Of a stretch of DNA of 64,000 nucleotides, positions 10,105 to 23,062 are shown one piece after another (position 1 is the stretch's first letter; every line of letters starts with the position of its first letter). The translations under genes were made by a program, and so were the position numbers. The notes beneath the pieces were generated by a model. That model was not told the DNA's origin. It searched no databases and was given only the letters and a program-made list of their open reading frames with translations. Source of the stretch: Deltaproteobacteria bacterium (GTDB lineage Bacteria > Myxococcota_A > Polyangia > Polyangiales > Houyiibacteriaceae); contig JAXMNT010000009.1 of NCBI GenBank assembly GCA_034670305.1, positions 64,001 to 128,000 on the forward strand. Reading direction: 5' to 3'.

Positions 10105-11996
10105 CGACCGCAAGAGACTCCGACCCGGCCGAGGACCTGAAGGACACCGGCGAGGCCGCCGATACCGGCGACGCGGGCGCCGATGCCGGCACACCCGCTC
10201 CGTCAGGAACCACCGCTCCGTCGCGAACCAACGCTGTGTGGAGCGCCGCGCTCGTGCTCGTCGGTGTGGTGGCGTTCACCTTCGGTTCCTGCTTCCGCGT
10301 GGATGCCGAAGTGGCGCCCTCAGGCGACGCATCGGACGAAGCATCGGACGACGCGTCGGCCGAACCGATCGCCGAACGACCGGACAGCCACTGGACCTGT
10401 TCGATGCACCCGCAGATCCACGCCGACGGTCCCGGCAGCTGTCCGATCTGCGGCATGGACTTGATCCCAGCCGAGTCGATGGGCGCAGCGACGGGACCCC
10501 GCGAGATTCGTTTGTCCGAGCGCGCGCGTGCACTCGCACAGATCCGCACCGCAAGAGCCCGATCGGACGTGGGTCCCGCGGGCGAACCGCTCTCGCTCAT
10601 CGCCCGGGTGCAGTGGGACGAGAGCTCCTTGCGCGACGTGACCGCATGGGTCGGAGGCCGCGTCGACCGGCTGCACGTGCGGGCCACCGGCGAGGTGGTG
10701 CGGCGTGGTCAGACCCTGGCGACCATCTACAGCCCCGAGGTCTACACCGCCCACCGGGAACTTCGTTCTGCGACGCGTGCGCTCGAGCGACTGCAAGGCG
10801 CGTCGGAGCTCGTGCGATCCGGTGCCACTGCGACGGTGGAAGCGGCGCGCGATCGGTTGCGCCTGCTCGGGTTCGACGGGGCGGCACTGCGGCAACTCGA
10901 GTCCCGCGAGACCGCGCGAACCGTCGCGATCCGCGCGCCCTTTGGCGGCACGGTCATCGAACGCCGCGCGACCCAAGGACAGTACGTGACCCCGGGCTCG
11001 GTGCTCTTGCGGGTGGCGGACCTCTCGTCGGTCTGGGTGCAGCTCGAGGCCAACGAGACCCAGCTGCGCCTCGCCCGGGTGGGTGCGCCCGTCACGCTCT
11101 CGTTCGACAACGTGTCGGAGCCCATCGCGGGGGAGGTCGGGTTCGTCGACCCGGTGGTGGATCCTCGGACCCACGTCGGGCGGGTCCGGGTGCAGATCCC
11201 CGACGCGGCGTCGCTGGGCCTGCGCCCCGGCATGATCGGCCGCGCCGAACTCGACCGTGTGATGGGAGAAGCGGTCGACCCGAGCGTCTGGATCCCAGCG
11301 ACCGCACCGCTCCGCACCGGACGGCGCGCGGTGGTGTACGTCGAGATCGAACCCGGTGCGTACGAAGCACGCACGGTCGTGCTCGGCGCGGTCTCCGGAA
11401 ACAACGTCGTGGTGCGCTCCGGGCTCGAGGCCGGAGACCGCGTCGTCGTCCACGGCGCATTCGTGCTCGACGCCGAACTCGAGATCCGAGGGGGTCGCGG
11501 CATGATGTCCACCCGGGACGACCGGGAGAACGTGGAGATGGGCTCTGACGAACGCGCCGCATTGGCCCCGTTCGTGAACCACTACTTGGACGTGGCGGAG
11601 GCCTTGGCGGCGGATGATCTCGAGGCGGCCCGAACCGCCGCGCGGGCATTGCGCAGAGCCGATTCACCAGATCTCGATGCGCGGTGGTCGACGGTGCATG
11701 CGGCGCTGGTCTCGGGTTCGGACGCGTTGGCGGCGGCGACCGCTCTGGACGACGCGCGCACCGCGTTCGAGCCGCTCGGCGCCGCGGTGCAGCAGCTGCT
11801 CGCGACGTTTGGCAACCCCACTGCGGAGGACGTGAGCGTCGCCTTCTGTCCCATGGTGTTCGACAACCGCGGCGCCACCTGGGTGCAGCGCGGCGCCCGC
11901 GTCGACAACGCGTACTTCGGCGCGTCGATGCGCACATGCGGCACCATCGAAGAGACCGTGGCGCCGGGTGCGCGGCTGGAGGCGGTCCATGAGTGA
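10101..11996 (+). CDS. cusB: CusB-like RND periplasmic adaptor with heavy-metal-binding domain and C-terminal DUF3347-like domain
   Basis: WTCSMHPQI...CPICGMDL; membrane fusion core; C-terminal FCPMVFDNRGATW...NAYFGASMRTCG. Confidence 0.85.
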   Translation: MTTARDSDPAEDLKDTGEAADTGDAGADAGTPAPSGTTAPSRTNAVWSAALVLVGVVAFTFGSCFRVDAEVAPSGDASDEASDDASAEPIAERPDSHWTCSMHPQIHADGPGSCPICGMDLIPAESMGAATGPREIRLSERARALAQIRTARARSDVGPAGEPLSLIARVQWDESSLRDVTAWVGGRVDRLHVRATGEVVRRGQTLATIYSPEVYTAHRELRSATRALERLQGASELVRSGATATVEAARDRLRLLGFDGAALRQLESRETARTVAIRAPFGGTVIERRATQGQYVTPGSVLLRVADLSSVWVQLEANETQLRLARVGAPVTLSFDNVSEPIAGEVGFVDPVVDPRTHVGRVRVQIPDAASLGLRPGMIGRAELDRVMGEAVDPSVWIPATAPLRTGRRAVVYVEIEPGAYEARTVVLGAVSGNNVVVRSGLEAGDRVVVHGAFVLDAELEIRGGRGMMSTRDDRENVEMGSDERAALAPFVNHYLDVAEALAADDLEAARTAARALRRADSPDLDARWSTVHAALVSGSDALAAATALDDARTAFEPLGAAVQQLLATFGNPTAEDVSVAFCPMVFDNRGATWVQRGARVDNAYFGASMRTCGTIEETVAPGARLEAVHE

Positions 11997-14900
11997 GCCT
12001 GTGCCGACCGTGCCGCGCGGCCTCTTGGGCGGGCTCGTCGCCTTCTTCGTCGAGTCGAAGGTGGTCGTCTTTCTTCTGCTGGTGATGCTCGGGCTCGGCG
12101 GCGTGGTGTTCGCGCCGTTCGCGTTCGAGACACTCGACGACGACTGGGGCCTCGAGCGCGATCCGATCCCGGTCGATGCGATCCCAGACATCGGCGAGAA
12201 CCAGCAGATCGTGTTCGCTGCGTGGCCGGGACACTCGCCGGCCGACGTCGAAGACCAGGTCGCGTATCCGCTGACGAGCGCGCTGCTCGGGCTGCAGGGC
12301 GTGCGTACGGTGCGCTCGACCTCGATGCTCGGGTTCACGAGCCTGTACGTGATCTTCGACGAGGAGATCGAGTTCTACGACTCGCGCGCGCGCCTGCTCG
12401 AGAAACTCAGCTCGCTGCCCCCCGGGCTGCTGCCAACCGAAGTCGCGCCGACCCTCGGACCGGATGCGACCGCGCTCGGTCAGGTGTTCTGGTACACGCT
12501 CGAAGGACACGCGGTTCCGGAGCGGGCTGACCCGGGACATGGTGTTGACGAGACCGGTGCCGCCGGTGCCGCCGTCGACGAGGACGCGACCCCCGTTGCG
12601 GCGTGGGATCTCTTCGAACTCCGAGAGCTCCAGGACTTCACCGTGCGTCCGGCGCTGCAGTCGGTGCCTGGCGTGGCCGAGGTCGCCTCCGTCGGCGGGC
12701 ACGTCGCGGAGCTTCAGGTCGAAGCGGACCCCGCGCAGCTGCGCGCCTACGGGTTGAGCTTCGGCCAGCTCATCGACGCGGTCCGCGCCAGCAACTTGGA
12801 CGTCGGCGCGCGCACGTTCGAGATCAACGCGGTCGAATACATCGTGCGCGGCCTCGGTCAGATCGAAGACCTCGACGACTTGAGAGGCGCCGTCGTCGCG
12901 ACTCACCAAGGACGCGCCGTCCTCGTCTCGGACGTGGCCCACGTGACGCTCGGACCGGCGCCCCGACGCGGCGTGCTGGACGACGCCGGCGCGGAGGTCG
13001 TCGGCGGGGTGGTCGTCGTGCGCTACGGGGAGAACCCGCGCGAAGTGATCGCGCGCGTCCGCACCGCGGTCGCCGAACTCGCGCCATCGCTTCCGAGCCG
13101 GACCCTCGAGGACGGACGCCGCGCGCAGGTCCGCATCGTGCCGTTCTACGATCGCACCGGCCTCATCGACGAGACCCTTGGCACCCTCTCGTCCGCGCTC
13201 TGGCAACAGCTGCTCGTGACGCTCTTGGTCGTGCTCGTGATGCTCGGCACCATCCGCGGCAGCATCGTGGTCGCGCTGGTCCCGCCGCTCGGGGTGCTCT
13301 TCTCGTTCATCGCGATGCGGATCTTCGGGGTCGAAGCCAACGTCATGGCGCTGGCGGGCATCGCGATCGCGATCGGCACGATGGTCGATGTCGGCATCGT
13401 CTTGGCCGAGAACATCGCGGCCTCCCTGCGCGACCACGACGACGGCGCGGCAGCAGACGACCGGACCGCACGGGCCTCGCGGGCCGCGGTGGTGATCCGC
13501 GCCACCCAAGAGGTCGCGCCCGCGGTCGCGACGAGCGTGCTGACCACGATCGTGAGCTTCTTGCCGGTCTTCGCCCTCACCGCCGCGGAGGGCAAACTCT
13601 TCCGGCCCCTCGCGTTCACCAAGACTTTCGCGCTCGTCGGCGCCTTCGTGGTCGGCGTGCTCGTGGTGCCGGCCGTCTCCCACCTGCTCTCACAGCGCCG
13701 GAAGTCTCAGTCTCCCGCGAAGGCCGCAGCCACCCAACGGTGGAACCGGGTCCTGCTCTTCGCGACCGCCGCGCTGCTCGTGCTCGTGCTCGCCGCGGAG
13801 TGGCACCCGTTTGGCGAAGACGCCGGCTCGGTCGCGAACATCGCGTTCGTGCTCGTGGTGGTCGGTGGGCTGCTCGGCGGCTTCCTGCTCTTTCAGCACG
13901 TCTACCCGCGGCTCCTGGCCGGTACCCTGCGGCGACCGCTCGCGTTCTTGCTGTTGCCCCTTCTGGCGATGGCGTTTGGCGTGGTCTGCTGGCGCGGCAC
14001 GCCGTGGCCGAGCGAACGCTTTGCTGGGCTGCGGCCCGCGGACGTGCCTGCCTTCGACGAGGGATCGTTTCTCTACATGCCGACGACAACGCCCCACGCG
14101 TCGATCGGCGAGTGCCGCCGGCTCTTGCAGCAACTGGATGCCGCCATCGCCGCGATCCCAGAGGTCGATCGGGTGGTGGGCAAACTCGGGCGCGCCGACA
14201 GCGTGCTCGACCCGGCGCCGATCTCCATGATCGAGACGCTCGTCACCTACCGGCCGGAGTACGAAGAACGCGTCGTCACGCCCGGCGAAGCGCCCGAGCG
14301 GGTCCGGGTGTGGCGCGATCACATCCGCACGCCGGCCGACATCTGGGACGAGATCGTCGCGGCCGGCCGCATCCCAGGATTGACCAGCGCGCCGCTGCTC
14401 CAGCCGATCCAGACGCGGCTCGTGATGCTGCAGACGGGCATGCGCAGCCGGGTGGGCATCAAGGTGCGCGGCCCCGACGTCGAGTCTCTCGCCGCTGCGG
14501 GCCGTGCCCTCGAAGCGGCGCTGGCCGGGGTCGAGGCGGTCGCCGAAGGCAGCGTCTACGCGGAGCGCGTGGTTGGAAAACCGTACCTCGAGGTCGAACC
14601 CGATCGCGAAGCGCTCGCGCGCTACGGCCTGCAGATGGCAGTGGTGCAACAGACCCTCGCCGCGGCGGTGGGCGGCGCCGAAGCCGGCGTGATGATCGAC
14701 GGACGCGTGCGACGGACCATTCGGGTGCGGGCGCCGAGGGACGCGCGCCTGACGCCCGAAGCGATCGAAGCGCTGCCGGTGGTGATCCCCGGCCGGATGG
14801 CGGACGCGCCCGCGGCGATGCCTGGGACGACCGCGGCTTCTCTGGGAGACGCGCTTGCCAGCACGGTTCCACTCGGCGAGCTCGCACAGGTGCTCTACGT

Positions 14901-15741
14901 GCGCGGGCCGCAGATGCTGCGCTCTGAGGACACGTTCCTCACGAGCTTCGTGCTCTTCGAGCCCGCCGACGGAGTCACGGACGTGGACGCCGTGCGCGCC
15001 ACCGAAGCGCACCTCGCGCAGCTGCGCGCCGACGGCGAGCTCACCGTGCCGGACGGGGTCACCTGGCGGTTCGCCGGCACCTACGAGAACCAGATTCGAT
15101 CCAGCGCGCGCTTGATGTGGCTCTTGCCCATCGCGTTGATGTTGATCCTGCTCTTGCTCTACCTGCAGTTCCGCAGCCTGGCGGTCACCTTCTCGATCTT
15201 CGCGTCGGTCGGCGTCGCAATGAGCGGCGGGTTCATGGCGCTCTGGGCCTGGGGGCGCCCGTGGCTCGATGTCTCGATGGCGGGGCACGCCGCGGTGGAT
15301 CTCTTTGGCGCCGGCACCGTGCCGCTGACGGTCGCGGTCTGGGTCGGCTTCATCGCCCTCATCGGCATCGCGGTCGACGACGGCGTCGTGATGGCGACCT
15401 ACTTGAAGCAACGCTTCGAGAAGGCGCCGCGTTCCATGGACGAAGTGCGCGCCTGGGTCCTCGAAGCGGGCGAACGCCGCATCCGGCCCTGCCTGATGAC
15501 CACGGCCACCACCATCCTCGCGCTGCTCCCGGTGCTGACCGCGACCGGTCGCGGCTCGGACGTGATGCGCCCGATGGCGCTGCCGCTGGTGGGCGGCATG
15601 GCGCTGGAGCTGATGACCTTGTTCGTCGTGCCGGTGCTGTGGGCGCTCGGGTACCAAGCGCGGTTTGCGTACGAGGCGTTCCGAGTCGAACGAACGGTCT
15701 TGGTCGAAGCGCCGGGGGAGAGCGGGGGCGGGGCAGAGTAG
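11989..15741 (+). CDS. cusA: CusA/CzcA heavy-metal RND efflux permease
   Basis: DAIPDIGENQQIV, GPDATALGQ, GIAIAIGTMVD, EGKLFRPLAFTKT, RIRPCLMTTATT. Confidence 0.92.
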   Translation: MSEPVPTVPRGLLGGLVAFFVESKVVVFLLLVMLGLGGVVFAPFAFETLDDDWGLERDPIPVDAIPDIGENQQIVFAAWPGHSPADVEDQVAYPLTSALLGLQGVRTVRSTSMLGFTSLYVIFDEEIEFYDSRARLLEKLSSLPPGLLPTEVAPTLGPDATALGQVFWYTLEGHAVPERADPGHGVDETGAAGAAVDEDATPVAAWDLFELRELQDFTVRPALQSVPGVAEVASVGGHVAELQVEADPAQLRAYGLSFGQLIDAVRASNLDVGARTFEINAVEYIVRGLGQIEDLDDLRGAVVATHQGRAVLVSDVAHVTLGPAPRRGVLDDAGAEVVGGVVVVRYGENPREVIARVRTAVAELAPSLPSRTLEDGRRAQVRIVPFYDRTGLIDETLGTLSSALWQQLLVTLLVVLVMLGTIRGSIVVALVPPLGVLFSFIAMRIFGVEANVMALAGIAIAIGTMVDVGIVLAENIAASLRDHDDGAAADDRTARASRAAVVIRATQEVAPAVATSVLTTIVSFLPVFALTAAEGKLFRPLAFTKTFALVGAFVVGVLVVPAVSHLLSQRRKSQSPAKAAATQRWNRVLLFATAALLVLVLAAEWHPFGEDAGSVANIAFVLVVVGGLLGGFLLFQHVYPRLLAGTLRRPLAFLLLPLLAMAFGVVCWRGTPWPSERFAGLRPADVPAFDEGSFLYMPTTTPHASIGECRRLLQQLDAAIAAIPEVDRVVGKLGRADSVLDPAPISMIETLVTYRPEYEERVVTPGEAPERVRVWRDHIRTPADIWDEIVAAGRIPGLTSAPLLQPIQTRLVMLQTGMRSRVGIKVRGPDVESLAAAGRALEAALAGVEAVAEGSVYAERVVGKPYLEVEPDREALARYGLQMAVVQQTLAAAVGGAEAGVMIDGRVRRTIRVRAPRDARLTPEAIEALPVVIPGRMADAPAAMPGTTAASLGDALASTVPLGELAQVLYVRGPQMLRSEDTFLTSFVLFEPADGVTDVDAVRATEAHLAQLRADGELTVPDGVTWRFAGTYENQIRSSARLMWLLPIALMLILLLLYLQFRSLAVTFSIFASVGVAMSGGFMALWAWGRPWLDVSMAGHAAVDLFGAGTVPLTVAVWVGFIALIGIAVDDGVVMATYLKQRFEKAPRSMDEVRAWVLEAGERRIRPCLMTTATTILALLPVLTATGRGSDVMRPMALPLVGGMALELMTLFVVPVLWALGYQARFAYEAFRVERTVLVEAPGESGGGAE

Positions 15742-15747
15742 CGCGGC

Positions 15748-15972
15748 GCCGACGCGGACGCCGAAGCCGAAGCCGAAGCCGATGCCGATGCCGAATCCGA
15801 TGCCGAATCCGATGCCGATGCCGATGCCGATGCCGATGCCGATGCCGATGCCGATGCCGATGCCGATGCCGATGCCGAAGCCGCCGAAGCCGAAGCCGAA
15901 GCCGATGCCGATGCCGATGCCGATGCCGATGCCGATGCCGAAGCCGATGCCGAAGCCGCCGACGCCGATGCC
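15748..15972 (+). repeat. Hexamer microsatellite (GCCGAT/GCCGAA)n, about 37 units
   Basis: Read directly after the cusA stop. Confidence 0.95.
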
Positions 15973-16039
15973 GCGCCTCCGCCAGCGTTGCGCCCCTTCG
16001 CGGGAGGTTGGCTGGCCCGATGGATGGTCCAGCGTAGCG

Positions 16040-16142
16040 GTCGGCGGGGCGGCGCCTCAAGGAGGCCTTCGGCCCGGCGCCTTCGCGCCGCTTCGCTGGC
16101 GCGCTTCGCGCTTGCTCGTCCTTGACCCGCCACCCCGCCGAC
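16040..16142. repeat. REP-like multi-hairpin element with a 24-bp outer inverted repeat
   Basis: GTCGGCGGGGCGGCGCCTCAAGGA / TCCTTGACCCGCCACCCCGCCGAC enclose three small TTC/CTTC-loop hairpins. Confidence 0.7.
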
Positions 16143-16204
16143 AGCTGGGGGCGCTGCGCGCCCTCGGGCGAGTTCACGCTCGGCGTACACAAGGCAGGTT
16201 CTCG

Positions 16205-16516
16205 ATGCTGGTATTCGACAAGTCGCTTGTTCTTCTTTCGCTTCTCGTCCGTGAGGTCTTGCCTCGCATTCGCGAGGCCTCGCTGAAGTCGCAGCTGCGG
16301 CGGGCGGCGCAGGCCGTTCCGTTGCTGATTGCGGAGTCCCGAAGTGCGCGCGGGGCGCGGAACCCGGACGGGTTCTCGCGGGCCCTTGGCGAAGCGCGCG
16401 AGGTGAAGGCGGCTCTGCAGGTCGCGGCGGTCATGGGGTACGTGGACGCGAGCGAGGACGTCTACGACCTGGCGGACCACGTCTGCGCGATGTTGTTCAA
16501 GCTCAGTCGGGGCTAG
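16205..16516 (+). CDS. Four-helix-bundle protein (23S rRNA IVS/bAvd-like family)
   Basis: QLRRAAQAVPLLIAE...FSRALGEAREVKAALQVA matches the family pattern QLRRAA.S...NIAEG...A.GS..E. Confidence 0.75.
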   Translation: MLVFDKSLVLLSLLVREVLPRIREASLKSQLRRAAQAVPLLIAESRSARGARNPDGFSRALGEAREVKAALQVAAVMGYVDASEDVYDLADHVCAMLFKLSRG

Positions 16517-16605
16517 CTGGTCGCGGGGCGTCCATCCGGCGCCCCGCTTTCGCCCGCTTCTCGCCGATCCTGAAGCCGATGAGGACCTCTCCGATCCGTG
16601 CCGCG

Positions 16606-18918
16606 CTAGCCGACGATGGCGTCGAGGGCGGCGCGGTGGGCGTCGGCGAGGGCGGTCACCGGCACGACGGCGACGCCGTCGAGGTCGAGCGCACCTCCGC
16701 CGACGAGGCCGAGCACCGCGATCGGCACGCTGGCTTCGCGCGCGAGGCGCTCGACTTCGGCGCGGTGGTCGTCCGAGAAGCTCACCACGACGCGGCTCGG
16801 TTCTTCGGAGAAGAGCAGGTCGGTCGTCTCGGCCGGGCCGGCGGAACCTTCCGGCAGACGAACGCGCGCGCCGATGCGTCCTTCGATGCAGGACTCCGCC
16901 AGGCAGACGCCGAGTCCGCCGTCGCTCACGTCGTGTGCGCTCGCGAGCAGCCCCGCCTTCGCGAGCGTGTGCATCAATCCCTGCAGCCGGAGCTCCGCGT
17001 CGAGATCGATGCCGACGCACTCGCCCGCGACCCGGCCTTGTTTCTGGGTGTGCCACTCGGAACCGCCGAGTGCGCCGCGGCTCGGCACGCCCAGATGCGC
17101 GACCAGATCGCCTTCGCGCCGGAACCCGAGCGTCAACCGGTGCGCGACGTCTTCGAGCTGTCCGACGATGGCCACCGTCGGCGTGGGGAGGATCGGGCGG
17201 CCGTCGGTCTCGTTGTAGAGGCTGACGTTGCCACTGACGACCGGCACCGAGAGGGCGCGGCAGGCGGCCGCGAGTCCGTCGATGGCGCGCGCGATGCGCC
17301 ACATGGTCTCGGGCACTTCGGGGTTGCCGAAGTTGAGGCAGTCCGTGAGCGCGAGCGGCAGACCGCCCACGCAGGTGATGTTGCGCGCGCATTCGGCGAC
17401 GGCCATCGCGGCGCCCGCGAAGGGATCGAGCTCGACGTGCCGGCCGTTGCAGTCGACCGAGAGCGCGAGGAACTTCTCGATCGTCTTGCCCTCGTGCTCG
17501 CAGAACGCGCGGACCACCGCGGCGTCGCCTTGGCCTGGGCCGACGATGGTTCCGTCGCGCACGACGTGGTCGAACTGGCGCCAGATCCAGCGGCGGCTGC
17601 CGATGTTGGGCGATCCCAACAGCCCGAGCAGCTCCTTCTGGACGTCGACCTTGCCGCCGGGTGCGATCGACACCGGCGTCATCTCGAGGGTGGTCCGCGA
17701 GGTCATCGCGGGTTCTTTCTGGGGCCGGTCGTACTTCGGCGCTTCGTCGGCGAGCATGCCGAGCGGGAGGTCGACCACCACTTCGGGTGCGGGCCGCGGG
17801 CTCGCGTCGTCGAGCGGATCGTAGCCGGGCGTCGCCTTGCAGATGAACCGGCCGGTGTCGGTCACGCGGCCGACGATCGCGACTTCGAGGTCCCACTTCG
17901 CGCACGCGTCGAAGACCTCTTGTTCGCGGCCGGGTTTGGCCACCATCAACATGCGCTCCTGCGATTCGCTGAGCAGCATCTCGTAGGGCGTGAGCTTCTC
18001 GGTGCGGCGCGGGATGGCGTCGAGATCGAGCTCGAGCCCAGTGCCCGCGCGCGCGGCCATCTCGATCGAGCTCGAGGTGAGCCCCGCGGCACCCATGTCC
18101 TGCACGCCTTCGAGGCAATCGCTCGCGAAGATCTCGAGGCACGCCTCGAGCAAGAGCTTCTCCATGAACGGGTCGCCCACCTGCATGGTCGGCCGCTGGG
18201 TCTCCGTGTCTTCCGCGAACTCCGCGCTCGCCATGGTCGCGCCATGAATGCCGTCGCGTCCGGTGCGGGCGCCGACGTACATCACCGCGTTGCCGACGCC
18301 GCTCGCCACCCCGAAGAAGAGCTCTTCGCTGCGCGCGATGCCCACCGTGAACGCGTTGACGAGGATGTTGCCGTCGTAGCTCGCGTCGAACTGCACTTCG
18401 CCGCCGACCGTCGGCACGCCGATGCAGTTGCCGTACCCGCCGATGCCCGCGACCACCCCGCGCAAGAGGTGCGGCGTCTTCGGATGATCGGCCCGGCCGA
18501 AGCGCAGGCTGTTCATCGACGCGATCGGACGCGCGCCCATGGTGAAGACGTCGCGCAGGATGCCGCCCACCCCAGTCGCCGCGCCCTGGTAGGGCTCGAT
18601 GTACGACGGGTGGTTGTGCGACTCCATCTTGAAGACGGCGCAAAAGCCGTCGCCGATGTCGACCGCGCCGGCGTTCTCCCCCGGACCCTGGACGACCTGC
18701 GGTCCTTCGGTCGGGAGCCGCGCCAGGTGCACCCGGGAGCTCTTGTAGGAGCAGTGCTCCGACCACATCACGCTGATGACGCCGAGCTCCGCGTAGGTGG
18801 GCTGCCGCCCAAGCGACGCGATGGCGCGCGCGTACTCTTCGGCGTTCAGGCCGAACTCTTTGGCGAGTGCTTCGTCGACCGGTCGGTCGGTCGGCAGGGA
18901 CACAGGCACGGCGCTCAC
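16606..18918 (-). CDS. purL: Phosphoribosylformylglycinamidine synthase subunit PurL
   Basis: [44 protein letters not shown]. Confidence 0.98.
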   Translation of the reverse strand: MSAVPVSLPTDRPVDEALAKEFGLNAEEYARAIASLGRQPTYAELGVISVMWSEHCSYKSSRVHLARLPTEGPQVVQGPGENAGAVDIGDGFCAVFKMESHNHPSYIEPYQGAATGVGGILRDVFTMGARPIASMNSLRFGRADHPKTPHLLRGVVAGIGGYGNCIGVPTVGGEVQFDASYDGNILVNAFTVGIARSEELFFGVASGVGNAVMYVGARTGRDGIHGATMASAEFAEDTETQRPTMQVGDPFMEKLLLEACLEIFASDCLEGVQDMGAAGLTSSSIEMAARAGTGLELDLDAIPRRTEKLTPYEMLLSESQERMLMVAKPGREQEVFDACAKWDLEVAIVGRVTDTGRFICKATPGYDPLDDASPRPAPEVVVDLPLGMLADEAPKYDRPQKEPAMTSRTTLEMTPVSIAPGGKVDVQKELLGLLGSPNIGSRRWIWRQFDHVVRDGTIVGPGQGDAAVVRAFCEHEGKTIEKFLALSVDCNGRHVELDPFAGAAMAVAECARNITCVGGLPLALTDCLNFGNPEVPETMWRIARAIDGLAAACRALSVPVVSGNVSLYNETDGRPILPTPTVAIVGQLEDVAHRLTLGFRREGDLVAHLGVPSRGALGGSEWHTQKQGRVAGECVGIDLDAELRLQGLMHTLAKAGLLASAHDVSDGGLGVCLAESCIEGRIGARVRLPEGSAGPAETTDLLFSEEPSRVVVSFSDDHRAEVERLAREASVPIAVLGLVGGGALDLDGVAVVPVTALADAHRAALDAIVG

Positions 18919-19634
18919 GGTCGGGCTCCTACGTGGGCGATCAAGGACTCGAAGAGCAGCCGGCCATCGGCGCTGCCGAGGATCGCTTCCGAGGCGCGTT
19001 CGGGGTGCGGCATCATGCCGAGCACGTTCTTCTTCTCGGAGTAGAGCCCAGCGATCGCGCCGCGCGAGCCGTTCGGGTTGAGCGGCAAACCTTCAGCGTC
19101 GGTCTCTTCGGCAGCAGGCACAGCACCCGACGGGTCGCAGTAGCGCATCGCGATGCGGCCTTCGGACTCGAGCTTGGCGTAGGTCGCGTCGTCGCACTGG
19201 TAGCGGCCGTCCGCGTGCGCGATCGGCACCCGCAGCACCCGGCCGTGCAGACCCTGGGTGAACGGCCCTTCGCCTTCGATCGCGAGGTGGACCATCCGGC
19301 ACTCGAAGCGCAGGTGGGCGTTGCGGGTGAGCGCACCCGGCAGGAGCCCGAGTTCGGTCAGCACCTGAAAGCCATTGCAGATGCCGAGCACCGGCCCGCC
19401 GTTGTCCACGAACCGGCGCAGGTCGGCCACAATCGGACTCGAGCCGGCGATGGCCCCGGGCCGCAGGTAGTCGCCGTAGGAGAAGCCGCCCGGGATCACG
19501 ACCGCGTCGACGTCGCCGAGGTTGCTCTCCTTGTGGAACACGTAGCGCGCGTCCAAACCGAGCACGTCTCGGGTCGCGTGGAGCGCGTCCCAGTCTGCGT
19601 TGCTGCCGGGGAACTGGATCACCGCAATACGCAT
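18915..19634 (-). CDS. purQ: Phosphoribosylformylglycinamidine synthase glutaminase subunit PurQ
   Basis: [30 protein letters not shown]. Confidence 0.97.
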   Translation of the reverse strand: MRIAVIQFPGSNADWDALHATRDVLGLDARYVFHKESNLGDVDAVVIPGGFSYGDYLRPGAIAGSSPIVADLRRFVDNGGPVLGICNGFQVLTELGLLPGALTRNAHLRFECRMVHLAIEGEGPFTQGLHGRVLRVPIAHADGRYQCDDATYAKLESEGRIAMRYCDPSGAVPAAEETDAEGLPLNPNGSRGAIAGLYSEKKNVLGMMPHPERASEAILGSADGRLLFESLIAHVGARP

Positions 19635-19811
19635 GGACGCGGCGACCCTACCTCTGGGTGGTCGGCTCGTCCACACGACAGTGCGCAAAGGACCCAGCGA
19701 TCCCGGATTCTCAGCGATCCCGGATTCAGGGGCCAACGAACTCAGTGCCGGCGGTCGACCCTCAGCCGGCCTGCGGCCTGAACACGGGAGCTGTCGCCGC
19801 AGTCGACTTCG

Positions 19812-21166
19812 CTAGCGAAGTTCGCTGATCGGACCGGTGCAGAAGTCGGGGTCGCCGAAGCTGTCGCCCGGCACGCCCATCGCGTGTTTGAGCGACACGA
19901 AGAGGTTGCCGTGCGGCACGTCGTCGAGCGTGACCTTGCGGCCGGTGCGGAAGAACCCGCCGCAGCTGCCGGCCATCAAGTAGGGCATGCGGCTGAAGAC
20001 GTGGTTGTTGCCTTTGCCGATCTCGTTGACGAGCAAGACGACCGTGTTGTCGAGCAGGGTCTTGTCGCCCTCGTCGACCGCGTCGAGCGCGCCGAGGAGG
20101 TAGGCGAGTTGCTCCATGTACCAGCGGTCGATCGCGGCCAGCTTGTTCTGGGAGTCCGTGTTGCTGTCGCCGTCGTGGCTCATGCTGTGGTGGCTGCGGT
20201 CGTGGCCGAGCCAGCTGAACCGCACCCCGGATTGACCGGTGGACCACTGCAGCGTGGTCACGCGCGTGAGATCGCACTTGAGCGCGGCGACCATCATGTC
20301 CATCTGCAGCCGCGTCAGGCGCTCGTAGTCGGTGTCGTCCCCGCGGGTCGGCGCTTCGCAGGCGCCCCCGGCGTCGTCGAGGCGGGACTCGATGTCGGTG
20401 ATGGCGGCGGCGTGCGCGTCGATGCGGCGTTGATCGGCCGCGCCGAGGTCTCGGCGAAGCCGGCCGAGTTGTCCCTGCACCGAACCGAGCACCAGCTCCC
20501 GTCGGCGGCGCAATCGCAGACGGGCCGCTTCGTCACCGGACAAGGGCGCGAAGACGCGATCGAACGCGGCGCCCGCGGTGTTCATCGGGGTGACCGGCTC
20601 GAAGGCCGCCCGGTAGGAGATTCGGCTCGGCACCGCTTGGCGGATGCCCTCGGCTTTGACGCCGAACTCGAGGCTCCGGTAGCGGGTCACTCCGTCGAAG
20701 TGGTTCGCGATCTCTTGGTCGATGGAGATGCCCCCAGCGCTTCCATCCCAGAGATGGCCGAACTCGCCGAAGCCACTCGGGCCCTGCTGCAGCGGCCGCG
20801 CAACGAGCGCGTGCCCAGTGCCGTTGTCGTGTCCGTTGCGTCCGCCGGATCGTTCCATCGCGGTCGCCATGCGCACGCCGTCGGGAATGAGGAGCTTCGA
20901 CCGGAACGGCGCAAGCGGCTGAAGGGAGACGGGGAGGGTGAAATCGGTCTCGCCCCCACTCGGCCAGAACCGCTCCCGGACGACGCCGTTGCCGCGGAAG
21001 AGGATGATGAGCCGCTTCGGCGTCGCGCCGTCCTGCGCGACGGTGCGGCCGGGCTTGAGCATGGCTTCCAAGAACGGAAGACCAAGCGCGGTGCCGGCCG
21101 CGCCACGCAGAAGCGTGCGGCGACTGAGGCGGCGGAGTTTGCCGGAGCGGGGTGCCGTGGGCTTCT

Positions 21167-21170
<4 letters not shown>
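19812..21170 (-). CDS. DUF1552 domain protein (Tat-like signal)
   Basis: LSRRTLLRGAAG..LGLPFLEAM; ALKCDLTRVTTLQW; HHSMSH; paired with a DUF1592 gene. Confidence 0.85.
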
Positions 21171-22861
<1,691 letters not shown>

Positions 22862-23062
22862 GGTCCCCACAGTGTGCAAGGTCTGTGCTTCGATGACCAC
22901 GGCGCTTTCCCGAGGGAATTGGGTCAAACGAAGCAACTGTTGGGGGGCGTGGACCACGGTCCGGGGTGAATCGGCACCAGCCCGTCTCGCCTCGGGTTCA
23001 GGCACCGGCATCGGCTTGATCACAAAGTTGGCGCTTCCTCCTGCGACTGGAAAGATGAGGGC

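Noticed and set aside
15665-16204. Pro-Met/Pro-Lys N-terminal extensions of ORFs (15665, 31343, 42559, 37418)
   Set aside because: Artefacts of stop-free hexamer tracts; better starts lie downstream.
16205-16516. Diversity-generating retroelement (Avd)
   Set aside because: No reverse transcriptase and no TR/VR pair is visible in the window.
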